DNA of 64,000 bases from Mobula birostris (taxonomy: Eukaryota): NCBI RefSeq assembly GCF_030028105.1, contig NC_092375.1, positions 41,453,130 to 41,517,129 of the forward strand, given 5' to 3'. A program made the position numbers and the translations under genes. Below are positions 1-12,902 of this stretch, in pieces. Positions within the stretch are counted from its first letter, which is position 1. Each line of letters starts with the position of its first letter. The notes under the pieces were generated by a model. That model was given only the letters and a program-made list of their open reading frames with translations. It was not told the DNA's origin and made no database searches.

Positions 1-1655
1 GACAAGGAGATGGCTGATGAACTAAATGAGTATTTTGCATCAGTCTTCACTGTGAAAGACACCAACAGTGTGTCTGATGTTGTAGTGTGTGAAGAAAGAA
101 AAGTGGGTTCAGTTACTATTACAAGAGAGAAGGTGCTCAAAAAGCTGAAAGACCTAAAGTCACTCGGACCAGAGGAATGGACCCCTAGGGTTCTGAAAGA
201 GGCAGCGTTAGAGATTATGGTGGCATTAGAAATGATTTTTCAAAAATCATTGTGCCAGGAATCTGGAAAATTGGAAATGACACACTACTCTTTAAGAAAG
301 GAGGAAGGCAGCAGAAAAGAAATTGTAGACCAGTTAGCCTGACCTCAGTAGTTGGGAAGATGTTATTCAATTGTTAAGGATGAGGTGATGGAGTACTTGG
401 TGACCCAGGACAAGAAAGTACAAAGTCAGCACGGTTTCCTTCAGGGAAAATCTTGCCTGACGGACCTGTTGGAATTCTTCGAGAAGATTACAAGTAGGAT
501 AGATAAAAGGGATGCAATGGATGTTGTAGATTTGGACTTTCAAAAGGCCTTTGACAAGGTGCCATACATGAGGCTGCTTACCAAGTTAAGAGCCGATGGT
601 ATTACAGGAAAGCTACTAACATGGTTGGAGCATTGGCTGATTGGTAGGAGGCAGTGAGTGAGAATAAAAGGATCCTTTTGTGGTTGGCTGCCAGTGACTA
701 GTGATGTTCCACAGGGGTCGATGTTGGGACCATTTCTTTTTATGCTGTGTATAAATGATTTAGATGACAGAATAGATGACTTTGTTGCCAAGTGAAGATT
801 GGTGAAGGGGCAGGTAGTGTTGCGGAAACAAGTAGGATGCAGAAGGACTTAGATTATGAGAATGGGAAAGAAAGTGGCAAATGAAAAGCATTGTTGGAAA
901 GTTCATGGTAGTAGAAATAAATGTGCGGATTATTTTCTAAACAGAGAGAAAATCCAGGAATCTGAGATGCAGAGGGACTTGGGATTCCTTGTGCAGAACA
1001 CCCGGAAAGTTAACTTGCAGGTTGAGTCAGTGATGAGGAATTTCAAGAGGCCTAGAATACAAGAGCAAGGATGTGATGCTGAGGCTTTATAAGGCACTGG
1101 TGAGGTCCCACCTTGTGTACTGTAAACAGTTTCGGGCCCCTCATCTTAGAAAAGATATGCTGGCATTGGAGAGGGTCCAGAGAAGGTTCATAATGATGAT
1201 TTCAGGATTATCATATGAGGAATGTTTGATGGCTCTGGGTCCGTACTCACTACAATTCAGAAGGGTGGGGGTGGGGATATCTCACTGAGACCTTTCAAAT
1301 GTTAAAAGGTCTAGACAGAGTAGATGTTGAAAGGATGTTTCCCATGGTGGAAGAGTCTAGGACAAGAGGGCACAGCCTTGGGATAGAGGGGCGCCCTTTC
1401 AAAACAGATGTGGAGAAATTTCTTTAGACAGAAGGGTGGTGAATTTGTTGCCACATGCAGCTGTGGAGGGCAGGTCGTTGGGTGTAGTTAAGGCAGAGAT
1501 TGATGGGTTCTTGATTGTACATGGTATCAAAGGTTACTGGGAGAAGACTGGGAATTGGGGTTGAGGAGGAGAAGGAAAAATGATCAGCCATGTTTGAATG
1601 ACAGAGCAGACCCGATGGTCCAGATGGCCAATCCTGCTCCTATATCTTATGGTCT
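1..1655 (+). mobile_element. CR1 LINE 3' portion (degenerate RT), in intron 1 of cystatin copy A
   Basis: Frameshifted RT fragments (QHGFLQGKSCLTDLLEFFE, DFQKAFDKVP, PQGSMLGP) and a CR1 3' end (CCTGCTCCTATATCTTATGGTCT). Paralogous to about 27765-29943. Confidence 0.9.
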
Positions 1656-2499
1656 ATCTCAGTTAAGGCATGATGGGTGCACTGAGATATTCAGGGTGGT
1701 AATGTGTTTTAACATGTACACCTGAGCAAGTTGTTTTGGGACCAATGTGAACCTATTTCTGACCCACTAAGAAAATCCACACATTATTGCTGAGTTAGAA
1801 AGCAAATTAGAAAATAGATCGGCATTAGAAAAATTATTTAGGTCTAGTCACTTCCAAGCTATTAATGCAGTCATATCCTAAGAGTGAACTATGAAAAGGG
1901 AGCAGGAAAAAATCATGCCCCATATTGAAATGGTTGTGAAGTATAGGTAGAGTACAAGTAGAATTTCAGCTTCAAAGAATAAACTGTATTCACATCACCT
2001 CCAAATATGGTGAGAGAGGCTGGAAATTATTTGGAGGTAGAGTAGAAGGCATACTGTTGGAGTGACTTCTATTGGCTTTAGAACTAAGTTTTGCAGAAAT
2101 GTGTGGAGTGAAGAACAAAAAAAGTGGCAAAGACAAGAAGCCCAGAGTTCAAAAACTCTTTGTCCTAGTGCTCTGTACATGGATGGGAAGGACTGAGTGA
2201 TATGGTCTGTGTGCTGGAGATGGGATTAGGCAGATCAAGTCAGCATGAGCTGGATGCTGGAAGAGCCAGACTTTGTGCTGTAGTACTCCATGACTTCATC
2301 TGGAAACCAGACTTAGTTGATATGAATTGGAAAAACCAGAACTACAGATACTGGAAATGGGTTGAAATGTTCGTTGATGGAAAATATGAGTGACCATAAA
2401 GTACATTGACATGAAACAGTTTAAGTTTCTCTTTCCACCATACTCCCTGCACTTGTCAGTATTCCCATAATTCCTAAATTATTTCTGCTTCAACTGACC

Positions 2500-2725
2500 T
2501 AACTTCACCGATCACCTGCCAGCTTGTACTCATTCCCCTCTCACCCCCCCCCCATCACATTCTGGATTCTTCTTCCTCCTATCCAGTCCTGATGAAGGGC
2601 CTTGGTCCAAAACACAGACTATTTATTCCTCTCCATAGATGCTGTTTGACCCTCTGAGATCCTCCAGCATTTTGTGTTTGCTGCTCTGGATTTTCAGCAC
2701 CTGCAGAATCTCCTGAGTTTATGAT
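2500..2725 (+). mobile_element. Penelope-like terminal repeat fragment with degenerate hammerhead motif
   Basis: CAGTCCTGATGAAGGG...GATGCTG...CCAGCATTTTGTGT resembles the Penelope ends at 31084-31230 and 60480-60616. Paralogue at about 30790-30980. Confidence 0.65.
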
Positions 2726-4060
2726 TCTGAAGGTATGTCCAGTTTTATGGCCACAAGCATAACAATTTGTCAGTAAGCAGATAGGGATTTGCCTTTTAAA
2801 AAAAAAATAGGTTTTAAGAGCAAGAACTTTAAATGTAAATTGAATGTCCAGATATCCTAGAATGTGGCCTCTGAAAGTGACAATTAAAATTGCTAATGGA
2901 GTAAAGTTACGGTAGCTGGTTCATGGGGCAGAGTTCTGTAATTCTAAAGTAAAAATACGAAGTCTCATTTGAATTAAGTCCCTTCAGTCATTTGTCCTTC
3001 GTATAGTGCGAGCTTTCTGCTCTGTACAAAGTGCAAGTGACATCCTATTTGATCATTACCCACCTATTCCTGCTTTAATCGGCAGAGTTGTACAACAGAG
3101 GCAGCTATGGTTTTCCTTCCTACACTTGGATGACTCTAACATGGACTCATGGAATCCATGTCCCAGCACTTGGCAGTAACATGCAAAACTGCTGGTTGTC
3201 AAGAACATTGACTGCATTTAGCTTTATCTAATCCCATTCTCTCTGGTATGACTTCTATTATTCAGTTTCCGATCATCATTCAGATTGTCGTCTTTAATGT
3301 GCCCAACTTTGCCCTTGCTCTGGATTTAACTCGTGCACTAGGCAATGAGTATATTTAATTCAGCTCCCTCTTCAGTGATTGCATTTAAACTATTTTTCAT
3401 GGTCTTAATCTCCTAATCACTATCTCCTTCAACCCAGAAAAAAACAGAACTTCTCCATCTCACTAAATTTAGACTCATCCCTTCACGTTTGGTAACATGG
3501 CTTTCACCGGTCAATCTTTAACTTGTGCCTTTTCCAAGATGTTTCCTAAACCCTTCTAGAACATATAATATAGAGTACCGAACAGGGAAAGGCCATTCAG
3601 CCCACAATGTTGTGCCGATCCAGCTAAAAGGCAAATCAAGAACACCCAAACCCTAATACCTACAGCATGTCCATATCCCTCCATCCTTGTATCCACGTGC
3701 CTATCCAATCAGCTCTTAAAAGCCTCTAATGTATTTGCCTCTCTCACCATAGCAGCCAGTGTAGTCCAAGCATGCACTAGCCTGTGGCACAGGGAGTAAT
3801 CCGGAGATTCCACCTTCAATTTCCTCTTGGAAGTGTGGCAATGTTCAATAATGCTCTTGTTATGGGTAGTAGAACATTTCCAACAGCAAAAATGCAAATA
3901 AATGTGTTGATTATAAAGGATATACTTGAGTTTGTGAACACAGCATATGAGCTAAAACTCAATTTGCCCTTGTTTCCTGAATACCTCAGGTTCTGGGATA
4001 CTTCTCCTTATTAAAGGTGTACAAATTAAAGTAATTCAGTATCAAACCCTTGTTTCTCAG

Positions 4061-4162
4061 GTGAAGCCCAAGGTTGAAGAGAAGGCTGGAAAAACATTTG
4101 ATATATTTGTTGTCAAAGCCTACAAAACGCAAGTTGTATCTGGGACCAACCACTATTTTAAA
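4061..4162 (+). CDS. CSTB: Stefin (cystatin A/B-like) copy A, exon 2; exon 1 lies upstream of the window
   Basis: tttctcag|GTG...AAA|gtaagt, 102 nt, phase 0/0. Encodes VKPKVEEKAGKTFDIFVVKAYKTQVVSGTNHYFK with the QxVxG cystatin motif. Confidence 0.93.
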
Positions 4163-4467
4163 GTAAGTTTATCCTTCTAGGCCTTTAGTTATTTCAAAAA
4201 ATCTTGGCTGTTTCTAATTCATTTACATTGTACGTTACTAAGCTCATGCAGGATAACTTTTGTAACTTAACTTTTTCTGCTTTCTACCATATCAGAGCTT
4301 CCACTTTGTCCTGTCATTTCACCTAATATTTCTGCATTTGTTTAGTGCTGATAAAATAGTGTTTTAAGCCATAAGTGCAGTAGTTTGAGATTTTTTATTG
4401 TGCTAATAAGACTTATTAGAGCATAGGTTGAGATGCTAGCTTGAACAATTTTATTTTATTTTGTTAG

Positions 4468-4596
4468 ATCCATGTTGGTGGCATTGACTACATTCACGTC
4501 AAAGTATATGAAATGCTTCCTTGTCATGGAGGTGAAAAGCAGATACTGGGCATCCAGAGCAACAAATCAAAGGATGAAGAACTAACTTCCTTTTGA
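4468..4596 (+). CDS. CSTB: Stefin copy A, exon 3 (terminal)
   Basis: ttgttag|ATC...TTT TGA. Encodes IHVGGIDYIHVKVYEMLPCHGGEKQILGIQSNKSKDEELTSF*, the stefin LP loop and C-terminus. Confidence 0.93.
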   Translation: MHVGGIDYIHVKVYEMLPCHGGEKQILGIQSNKSKDEELTSF

Positions 4597-4942
4597 ATAC
4601 AAAATATCTTGCTGTCAGTGCTCTAGGCTTATGCAAAAGTAGTTTGTTTTATATTTTTAAGCATCTCTCTTTTGGCTTTATCAAAACTGGGAACATTCTT
4701 ATTTTGCATCAACTTCCAGCCATATAAACCATATCATGTGGTTGGGAGAAGAGTGCAGAGGTTCAAGAAGTTTGATTATGTATACCATCCTTGAACTAAC
4801 ATGAAAGATTTTTTATAATCAAAGGTTATTGGGGTAGTGAATTCAATTTGTGTAAGGAAAAGAACTGGCATAATTTTTGAACTGAATTGTTTTTGTTGAG
4901 ATTATGTATACTTTTTATTGTACTCTGCAGTTTATTTTAAGA

Positions 4943-4948
4943 AATAAA
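4943..4948 (+). terminator. Candidate polyadenylation signal, cystatin copy A
   Basis: AATAAA about 350 nt after the stop, conserved in all three copies (also 19919 and 33871). Confidence 0.6.
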
Positions 4949-6268
4949 TGCACTTGCTACTGCTTAAAGGGTTTTATTGCTTTAATACAGCATTACGGAA
5001 ATAATGACTTTTCAATCTGGTGTTTAAAAGATATCTACCTAATTGATTAGAATTATTATTTAATCTTCCAGTCATTATATTGCCTCTTTTGTAGGACTTC
5101 TGACAATCATAAGTACTTCCAGATATCAATCAATTTTTACCAAGTTGATCGAAAATACTATGAAATAAACATGTCATTCTTGCCACTGTTACAATTGGGA
5201 AACACTGAAAGTGCAGGAATCTTAAATCTGTTAATAATATTATTAGACCAATGGTCTTGTATAAGTACTGCAACCACTAAATCAATACGTTAGGAAATCC
5301 TGCTTTACTTAGCAATTATCACTATTCATTTGAACAAAGGCTTGTCAGAACTTCGAATGGAATAAGCAATTCTTCTGCACTCTGACCAATTGTTCCTGCT
5401 ACTCTCATTAAAGAGATGGTGATAAGTATGTGTTTCCACAGTGCTGGACTTGAATTCACTATGAATATTTAGTAAATTGTAGCAGAAAGCTAGTAGTTCT
5501 CAAAATTAATCCTAAAATTCTGTTGTGTGAAAAAGGAAAAAGCTCCCAGGTTTTGGGTTGGGTCTTGTAGATTAGGAAAATTCTTCCAATATATGTGCAA
5601 TCTTGTTCCCTGCCGCTTAGAGACCTATATAGAGTTTATGCCAAGTTGGACCTTATCTCAACCCTTCGAAGGCTACAATTGATGTTATGGATAAATATCA
5701 ATGTATTACAATTAAATTTGAATAACTTTGGCAATACTAAAATTCTGGCACATTTAGTACAGTTCATTAAGGTAAAAAAAAGACGTACAGTCTAACTATA
5801 CACAATCTGTTCTATTGCATGCTCAAACTTTGAAATGCCAGGTACAATTAAAATGAGAAAAAATTCAAAGACAGCGAAGAAAATGTCCTGCAATAGATTG
5901 CTCCTAAGAGTTCAAACTTTCACAGCAGGCTCTGACAGTATTAAAATGGAATTGTGAGTACTTGGACATTAAAATAATCAGTAAAAACAGAATTCTTTGT
6001 TGTTTTTAATGAGGGGAGGTCCAGCTCTTTGGAAGGAGTACATTTCACACTATCTGTACTTACACCAAGTTTAAAAGCACCAGTGGATATTAATTCATAT
6101 GACATACTTTATGATTGCTTCAAGAACATGAATTCTATGATATACAAAATTGAATGTCAACCTTTCAACATATGAACAGACAGGCCTTTTAAATCTTAGT
6201 GTATTCCAAGTTTCATTAAGATAATGGAACTCATGACATTTATGATTCAGTAGAATCCTCTTGTATAT

Positions 6269-7068
6269 TGTCACGTACCCCGTGATGGGTTAAAGAACCA
6301 GCAGAAATGGAAAACACTTTGGAGTCCAGTATTGCTATTAACTAATGGTATTTATTAGTAACTATGCAATACCGTAATATAAATGCAAATAAATCAAACA
6401 GGATAGCAATGAATATATGTAAGTAAGTGTGGAAATATATGAAAACCAAGCTCTTTCAAGTCTAGGGGTAAATAGATAGTCTTACGATGATTAAAGTTCA
6501 GTTCAGTTTGTGGTATTGAATTGAGTAGTGATGGAGAGAGAGAGAGTGAGAGATTTGAGTCTTCAGGTGAGCTGACGCCGTCGATCTTTCCGTTGTCCTC
6601 CGAAATCCTTTAGAAGTCACCGACCGTGACCAAAACAAAGGGGACCATTCCTCTGTGGTGGAATTATGAACCCAGGCAAGGGTTGGACACAAAAAACTCC
6701 CCACCGGTCACTCCCTTTTCACACTGTGAGAGCCACTGATCAATCCGCCTGATCAAACCTCCGAAACCCACTTTTTCCTGTGGGCACAACAAAGCTCATT
6801 CTGTGTCCAAAACCATGTGTCTGTCCGTTTATAATCTGACCTTCTATTTATCTCACCGTGCCAAATACTAGCTGTCACTCAAACAGCTCCTCCCTTCTCT
6901 CTCTGTAAGAATTCAGAAGCTGAAACCAATGTCCTTGTAAAAATGTAAACATGCAGTGAGCAGTCTTCACTTCTCTCTCTCTCTCTTAAAACAAGATGTC
7001 GGTGTTAAATAACTCTCTCTCTCTTTTCAAAAGCACAGTTCATGGGGGTAATTCAGGACCCCGTCACA
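6269..7068. mobile_element. Solo LTR (about 800 bp), specific to unit A
   Basis: TGTCAC...GTCACA termini with ATAT/TTAT flanks. Units B and C show the empty site GTATATGAACAC (about 21244 and 35185). Confidence 0.8.
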
Positions 7069-8319
7069 TTATGAACACAAAATCAGGCAGTAGCAATGTC
7101 ACCACCCATTTCAATGATTATTTTTCATGTATCATTGCCTGTATATTTATTCCACAGCGTAATACTTGTTGGAAGCAGCTTCTGAGCAACTTGGTTACGT
7201 GCAGGGGAAAAAAGGGAAGAATTACTTTATCCCCACCTCCAGATTGTTTTTATTTAATGGAGAGTGTACATTACATAGCACACAAAAGGTAAAAGCCAGG
7301 AATAACTGAAAGACCAAATAAATACTTTGGTAACTAAAGAAATCTTTGCCACTTTGTCTACATCTCCCATCAAACATGCAAGAAAACTGAATGATGGTAG
7401 AAATTAAGTCCTGTGGTAAAGGATGTGAGGCCCTTTCACCCTTTTCCACCTTATAGGGAATAGGCAAGCAAATTACATTTTTAAAATTTTATAAAATGAA
7501 TACAGAATGAATGCACAAGACAAATGTCTCAAAATGAAGATGAGCCCGAGGAAAGGATTCTAATTTAATAAATGGTATTTTTAATATGTAATTCACGACT
7601 GCTACTGGCCTTAATTCCTTGCCTGAACACCACAGTTGAAAATAGTCTGTCAAAATCTAATGTCTCAATTTAGTCTTCAGAATTTGTTACAATGTGCGTA
7701 GCTTAATCATCATGATTTTATTCTGTACACTTAGTGCATTTCGTTAGCTATGTCGATTGGGAGATGAATCAATACTTGCATTTCAAGTTACCAAGTAAGT
7801 GATGGAACAGGAAATTCAAATAGTATCAATTACAATCAAAGTCAGAAAGGTAACACTTAAAATATACAATTTTTTCAACTTAAAGCTCTGACTATTCATT
7901 CCAAGTGAGATAATCTTGAAAAATTACGATATTGTCCAGTAATTATGCACAGGACAAATGGAAAAATAAGTGTAATAAAAACAGACATTTCCAGGTATAT
8001 TCCCTGGCATAAACAGAACTGTACTATTATGACATTTTTAAAAAAATTATGAAAGATTTATGATATTCAAAATGATTTTTTTTTTAAAAGCTTGCAGCAT
8101 AAGAAATTGGTGGAAACCAATTTTACAGGCTGGCTTAGGTAATTACCAGAACTACACTTTTCTCTCAATGATAAAAGGCCCATCCTAACAACTCTTGGCT
8201 TATACCCATAACCGGTCCCTGTGATGGTCCACTGTGCTTTCACCCGAATAACTTCAATTTAATTCATTCTTTTCAAGCCATGGGTAGGCAGAGTCTGGCC
8301 TGTCTTCAATGATATAGGT

Positions 8320-8370
8320 TCACAGGTTGTTTGAAGGCTTGTAATGAATTCTGCAGCGTTCCTTGAAGAC
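8320..8370 (-). other. MIX23: Duplicated MIX23 terminal coding exon (distal copy, unit A), intact
   Basis: 51 nt identical to 36439-36489 (VFKERCRIHYKPSNNL*). Acceptor tttacaaag| is intact and a 3' UTR copy follows. Confidence 0.85.
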
Positions 8371-8689
8371 CTTTGTAAAGTTTAAAGGAAAAAAATTCAA
8401 ATTCCTGATACTGTAATTTGCTTTAATCCTCAATTCCAATTGCAGGTCAAAGATTGCTTAATACACCACATTAAAAGCTTTGATCAGCGTGACTTTGTCT
8501 TGTACGGAGAAACACATTTTATGTCTGGTTCTTCACCAGTTTAAAACTAACTTGCTTGATTAAAATGATGGGGAAAAAATCTGCCTCCAGGCCAAAATTT
8601 TGAGTGGAATATCTCAAAATCATACAGCTCAGAAACAGCTCATCTGTCTAACTGGCCCAATAAAGACCCTCATCTGGACTAGTCCCATA

Positions 8690-9490
8690 TTCCTTGAAAG
8701 CTTTCCTTTCCAATTATCTTTTAAATCTTGTTAATGTTCCCTGCCTCAACAAATTCATCTAGCTATTCAATCCACATATGGACCAACCTCTGAGTAAAAA
8801 AGTGGCCCTTCAGATCCTTCTAACCCTAACCCCTTTTTCTCCAGTTCCTGATTTGCCAACCTTGGGGAGAAAAGACTGTGCACGTTCACCCTACCTATGC
8901 CCCTCATTTTCCTACACTCCAGTGAAGACCCTCGTAAATCTCCTCTGCACTCTTTCCAACTCAGTCGTATTTTTCCCTATAGCAGCATCAACACAATTTT
9001 CCAAATGTGGCCTCATCAATAACTACAACATAACATCCCAACATCTATGCTCAGTGCCACGACTGATGAAGCCCAGCATGCCAAAAGCTGCTTTTGTGAC
9101 CCTACTTTCAGGAAAGGATGTATTTGTACTCTTAGGTCCCTCTATCCTACAGTGCACCCCAGGGTCCCGCCATACAATGTGAAAGTTCTAAGCTCAGTTG
9201 TCCTCCCAAAATGCAACACCTTACAATCATCCACATTTTCCTTTCCTCAGCCCTTTTCCCTGTCTGATTACAATCCCTCTTCGTATCCTGACAACTGTCT
9301 TCGCCATCTACAATAACTATTTTAGTATTTGCAAACTTACACTTCATCCAAGTCATTGATATAAGATGGATGACACATGGGAATGGGCCTAACACTGAGC
9401 CCTGGGGGAAAACTGCTGGTCACAGGCCTGTAGACCAGAAAGCAAACTTCCACCCTCTGCTGCTCCCTACTATCAAGCAACTTGTGTATC
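8690..9490 (-). mobile_element. Old degenerate CR1 fragment present in all three units
   Basis: Remnants read PQGSVLGP and KFANTKI on -. Paralogues at about 23770-24560 and 36800-37575. Confidence 0.7.
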
Positions 9491-10012
9491 CTATATAAAA
9501 GTGGATTCAATCTGGCTACAATATGCACCATAATCAAGAAAGATACATCTACTCAATGTACAAGCTCTCGAGGAATTACAAAATTGGATGAACTGTTAAA
9601 TGGAAGACTGGAGTCTAACCCACGTAGTTTCTTCGTTACAGAGCATTCAAAGCAAAAAGGCGGTTCAGAATCCATTAATGGAAAACATAATTCTCCGATT
9701 TTCTGCAGATGCCACATCTCAGGGAGGACAACCGTTACACAATTCAAAGAAAAAGTTGTTCATCCAGGCAGCATGGGAGTAAAGAAAGTAACAGAAAATA
9801 ATATTAAACTACAGTAAATATACATTCCAATATACTAACCTGTTAGGTTTTCTTCTCGAAATTGCAAACATCTCGTTTGCTAACTTTGCAGTATTTCTTC
9901 CTGTTGCAATCAGCTGACCTCTCTTTACATCGTCTCGATAATCGCAAGCGAGGTGATGTCATGTGACAAGAGCCCATAAATTGCGGGATCGGGACGGGTT
10001 CGCTTGTCACCA

Positions 10013-12360
10013 ACCTCCCCAGGGAAAGATCTGATATGCTCTGTGATGCTAAAAAATCTAGGAGAAGGAGCGCTCTTGAAGTTGCTGCATTTTTATAACA
10101 GAGTGTGGGAGGAGGGAAGATTACCAAGTGCATGGAAAGAAGCAGTAGTAATTCCAATAAGGAAGCCTGGCAAGGATCTGTGAAAACCCACTAGCTACAG
10201 ACCAATTGCATTAACATCAAATATATATGTAAGATAATGGAAAGGATGGTAACAGAAAGGTTATCATATGAGCTTGAGAAAAGGGGAATGCTGACAAGTT
10301 ATCAGAGTGGTTTTAGAAATGGAAGGAATTCCATGGACTCAGTGATTATGTTAGAGACTGAAATAAGGAAGGCCCAGGCAAATAGAGAGTCAGTAGTGGC
10401 AGTGTTCTTTGACATTGAAAAAGCCTATGATATGATGTGGAAGGAAGGATTATTAATTAAACTGCACAAGATGGGGGTTGGTGGGAGAGTTTTTAATTGG
10501 ATTAAAGATTTTTTGTTTGGTAGAAAAATTCAAGTTCAGATTGGATCAGAATTATCAAAACAGTACATAGTGGAAAATGGCACACCTCAAGGTAATGTGA
10601 TTAGCCTGTTACTTTTCATCATTATGATCAATGATGTCTTCACAAAGGTACCAGTGGATATAGGTAGGTCACTGTTTGCGGATGATGGGGCCTTGTGGAA
10701 AAGAGGTAGGAACATGGACCATATAATCAGGAAACTACAAGAAGCAATTGATGAAGCGGTGGAGTGGGGTTATGATTGGGGATGTAGATTTTCAGTAGAT
10801 AAAACTCAAACTGTATTTTTTACCAGGAAAAGGGTTGAGGTAGGGAAGAAGTTAAGGATGTAAAAAAGTAATAAATGTGATGAGATGTTTGACTGGTAGG
10901 GAATGGGGAGCAAGTTGTTCAGCTTTGAAGAGAATGTATGTGGCTTTAGTACGATCTGTATTGGATTATGGAAACATAGTATATGGATCAGCAGCTAGGT
11001 CTCTTATAAGGAAACTGGATGTGATTCAGGCTCAGGCCTTGAGAGTGTGCAGTGGGGCTTTTAAAACATCACCAGTGTCAGCACTACAGGTAGAAATGGG
11101 AATAATGCCTTTGGAGCTAAGAAGGATGCAACTGATGGCAAACTACTGGGCTAACTTGCAGGGACACAATGATTCTCACCCTACTAAAGGAGTGTTGCAG
11201 GAGTGCTGGGAAAATGGGAGGTTTCAGAGGGATACCTTTAGTCGGGTAGGAAATGATATCGCGAAAGAATGTGGAGTGTTTGATCTGAGGATAAGTCCTT
11301 CAGTAGTTTATCCGGTTGTAGCTCCATGGAAGCTTGTATGGCCTGACATAGACCGGCATTTGTTAGAAGTAAAAAGGAAAGAAAGATATAAAACAGATTT
11401 GGTAAATGCATTTAACTGTCATGTGATGGAAAAGTATAGTGATTATACTCACATTTATACGGATGGTGCGAAGGAACCTGAAACAGGAGTGATAGGGTTT
11501 GGGGTGGTAATACCAGCAAAAGAAATTGGAATCAGCAGAAGAACATCTAATAAGTTAGGGGTATTTGCAGTGGAGATGCTGGCAGTGTTGGTTGCGTTGC
11601 AATGGGTGCAGAAAGCCAGACAAGCCAAAGCATTGATATGTTCAGATTCATCCTCAGTTTAGCCCATTTAAGGTCTTTTCACACAAACAGTCGGCAAGAT
11701 GTACTTTATGAAGTCCTTCAGTTAGCTACAAGAATTGCAAATCAGGGAAGTCAGGTAAAATTTCTATGGGTTCCAGCACATGTAGGGGTGAAGGGGAATG
11801 AGAGGGTGGATGAGTTGGCAAAGAGGGCGTTAAAGAAAGAAAATGTGGAAATGCACATTAGTATCAGTAAAGCAGAGGTTAAGTGTGTAATCTGGGAAAA
11901 AGTCAACCAAATGTGGCAAGAAAGATGGGACAGGGAGGGGAAAGGGAGGCATTTATATCAAATACAAAAGAGTGTTGCAGTTACTAGGGTAGTTAATGGA
12001 AACAGAAGAGAGGAAATTGTGTGGACTAGGTTAAGGCTGGGGCATTGTGCATTAAACAAAACATTGAAAATGATAGGGAAACACCAGACAGGATTGTGTG
12101 AGGAATGTCAGGAAGAGGAGTCAGTAGAACATGTAGTTCTCAGTTGCAGGAAGTATGGGATACAGAGAGAGATGATGAGAAATAAATTAAGAGAGTTGGG
12201 GATGCAGGAATTCACATTAAAAGGGTTGCTGGGCATGGGTGAGAGAGCACAAGTCCGGGTATTGTTAGCGTTTTTAAGGGGTACAGGGGTTTTTTATAGA
12301 ATATGACGAATAAACAGGAATAGGATACTAGAATGGTCAAAGATGGGAGGGTGAAGTGTA
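10013..12360 (+). mobile_element. 5'-truncated I-group (Nimb-like) LINE: RT, RNase H and C-terminal cysteine knuckle
   Basis: ORFs 10237-10863 (QSGFR, FDIEKAYD, GTPQG, LFADD), 10877-11662 (IYTDGAK RNase H start) and 11602-12306 (WVPAHVGVKGNERVDELAK; CEECQEEESVEHVVLSC). Stops and an internal deletion near 10860. Confidence 0.88.
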
Positions 12361-12361
12361 G

Positions 12362-12373
12362 GGGTGGGTGTGT

Positions 12374-12458
<85 letters not shown>
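12362..12458. repeat. (GT)n(GA)n microsatellite at the 3' end of the LINE
   Basis: Read directly from the sequence. Confidence 0.95.
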
Positions 12459-12902
12459 CTAAAAGGCAAATAAGAACACCCAAACCCTAATACCTACAGC
12501 ATATCCATATCCCTCCATCCTCGTATCCACGTGCCTATCCAAACATCTCTTAAAAGCCTCTAATGTATTTGCCTCTCTCACCATAGCAGCCAGTGTAGTC
12601 CAAGCATGCACTAGCCTGTGGCACAGGGAGTAATCCGGAGATTCCACCTTCAATTTCCCCTTGGAAGTGTGGCAAAGTTCAATAATGCTCTTGTTAAGGG
12701 TAGTAGAACATTTCCAACAGTGAAAATGCAAATATTTGTGTTGATTTTGAAGGATATTTAGGGGAACTTGAATTTGTGATCACAGCATCTGAGCTAAAAT
12801 GCAATTTGCCCTTGTTTCCTGAATGCCTCAGGTTCTGGGATACTTCTCCTTATTAAAGATGTAGAAATGAAAGTAATTCAGAATCAAACTCTTGTTTCTC
12901 AG

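Noticed and set aside
9482-9817. 111-aa ORF MCILYKSGF... repeated at 24557-24892
   Set aside because: It has a non-ATG start, spans the duplication junction and shows no recognisable domain. Conservation reflects paralogy.
10237-12306. RT plus RNase H as a retron, DGR, retroviral or domesticated gene system
   Set aside because: The motifs are those of a non-LTR I-group LINE that is truncated, has stops and ends in a microsatellite tail.
12212-12469. His-Thr repeat protein
   Set aside because: This is the translation of the (GT)n microsatellite.
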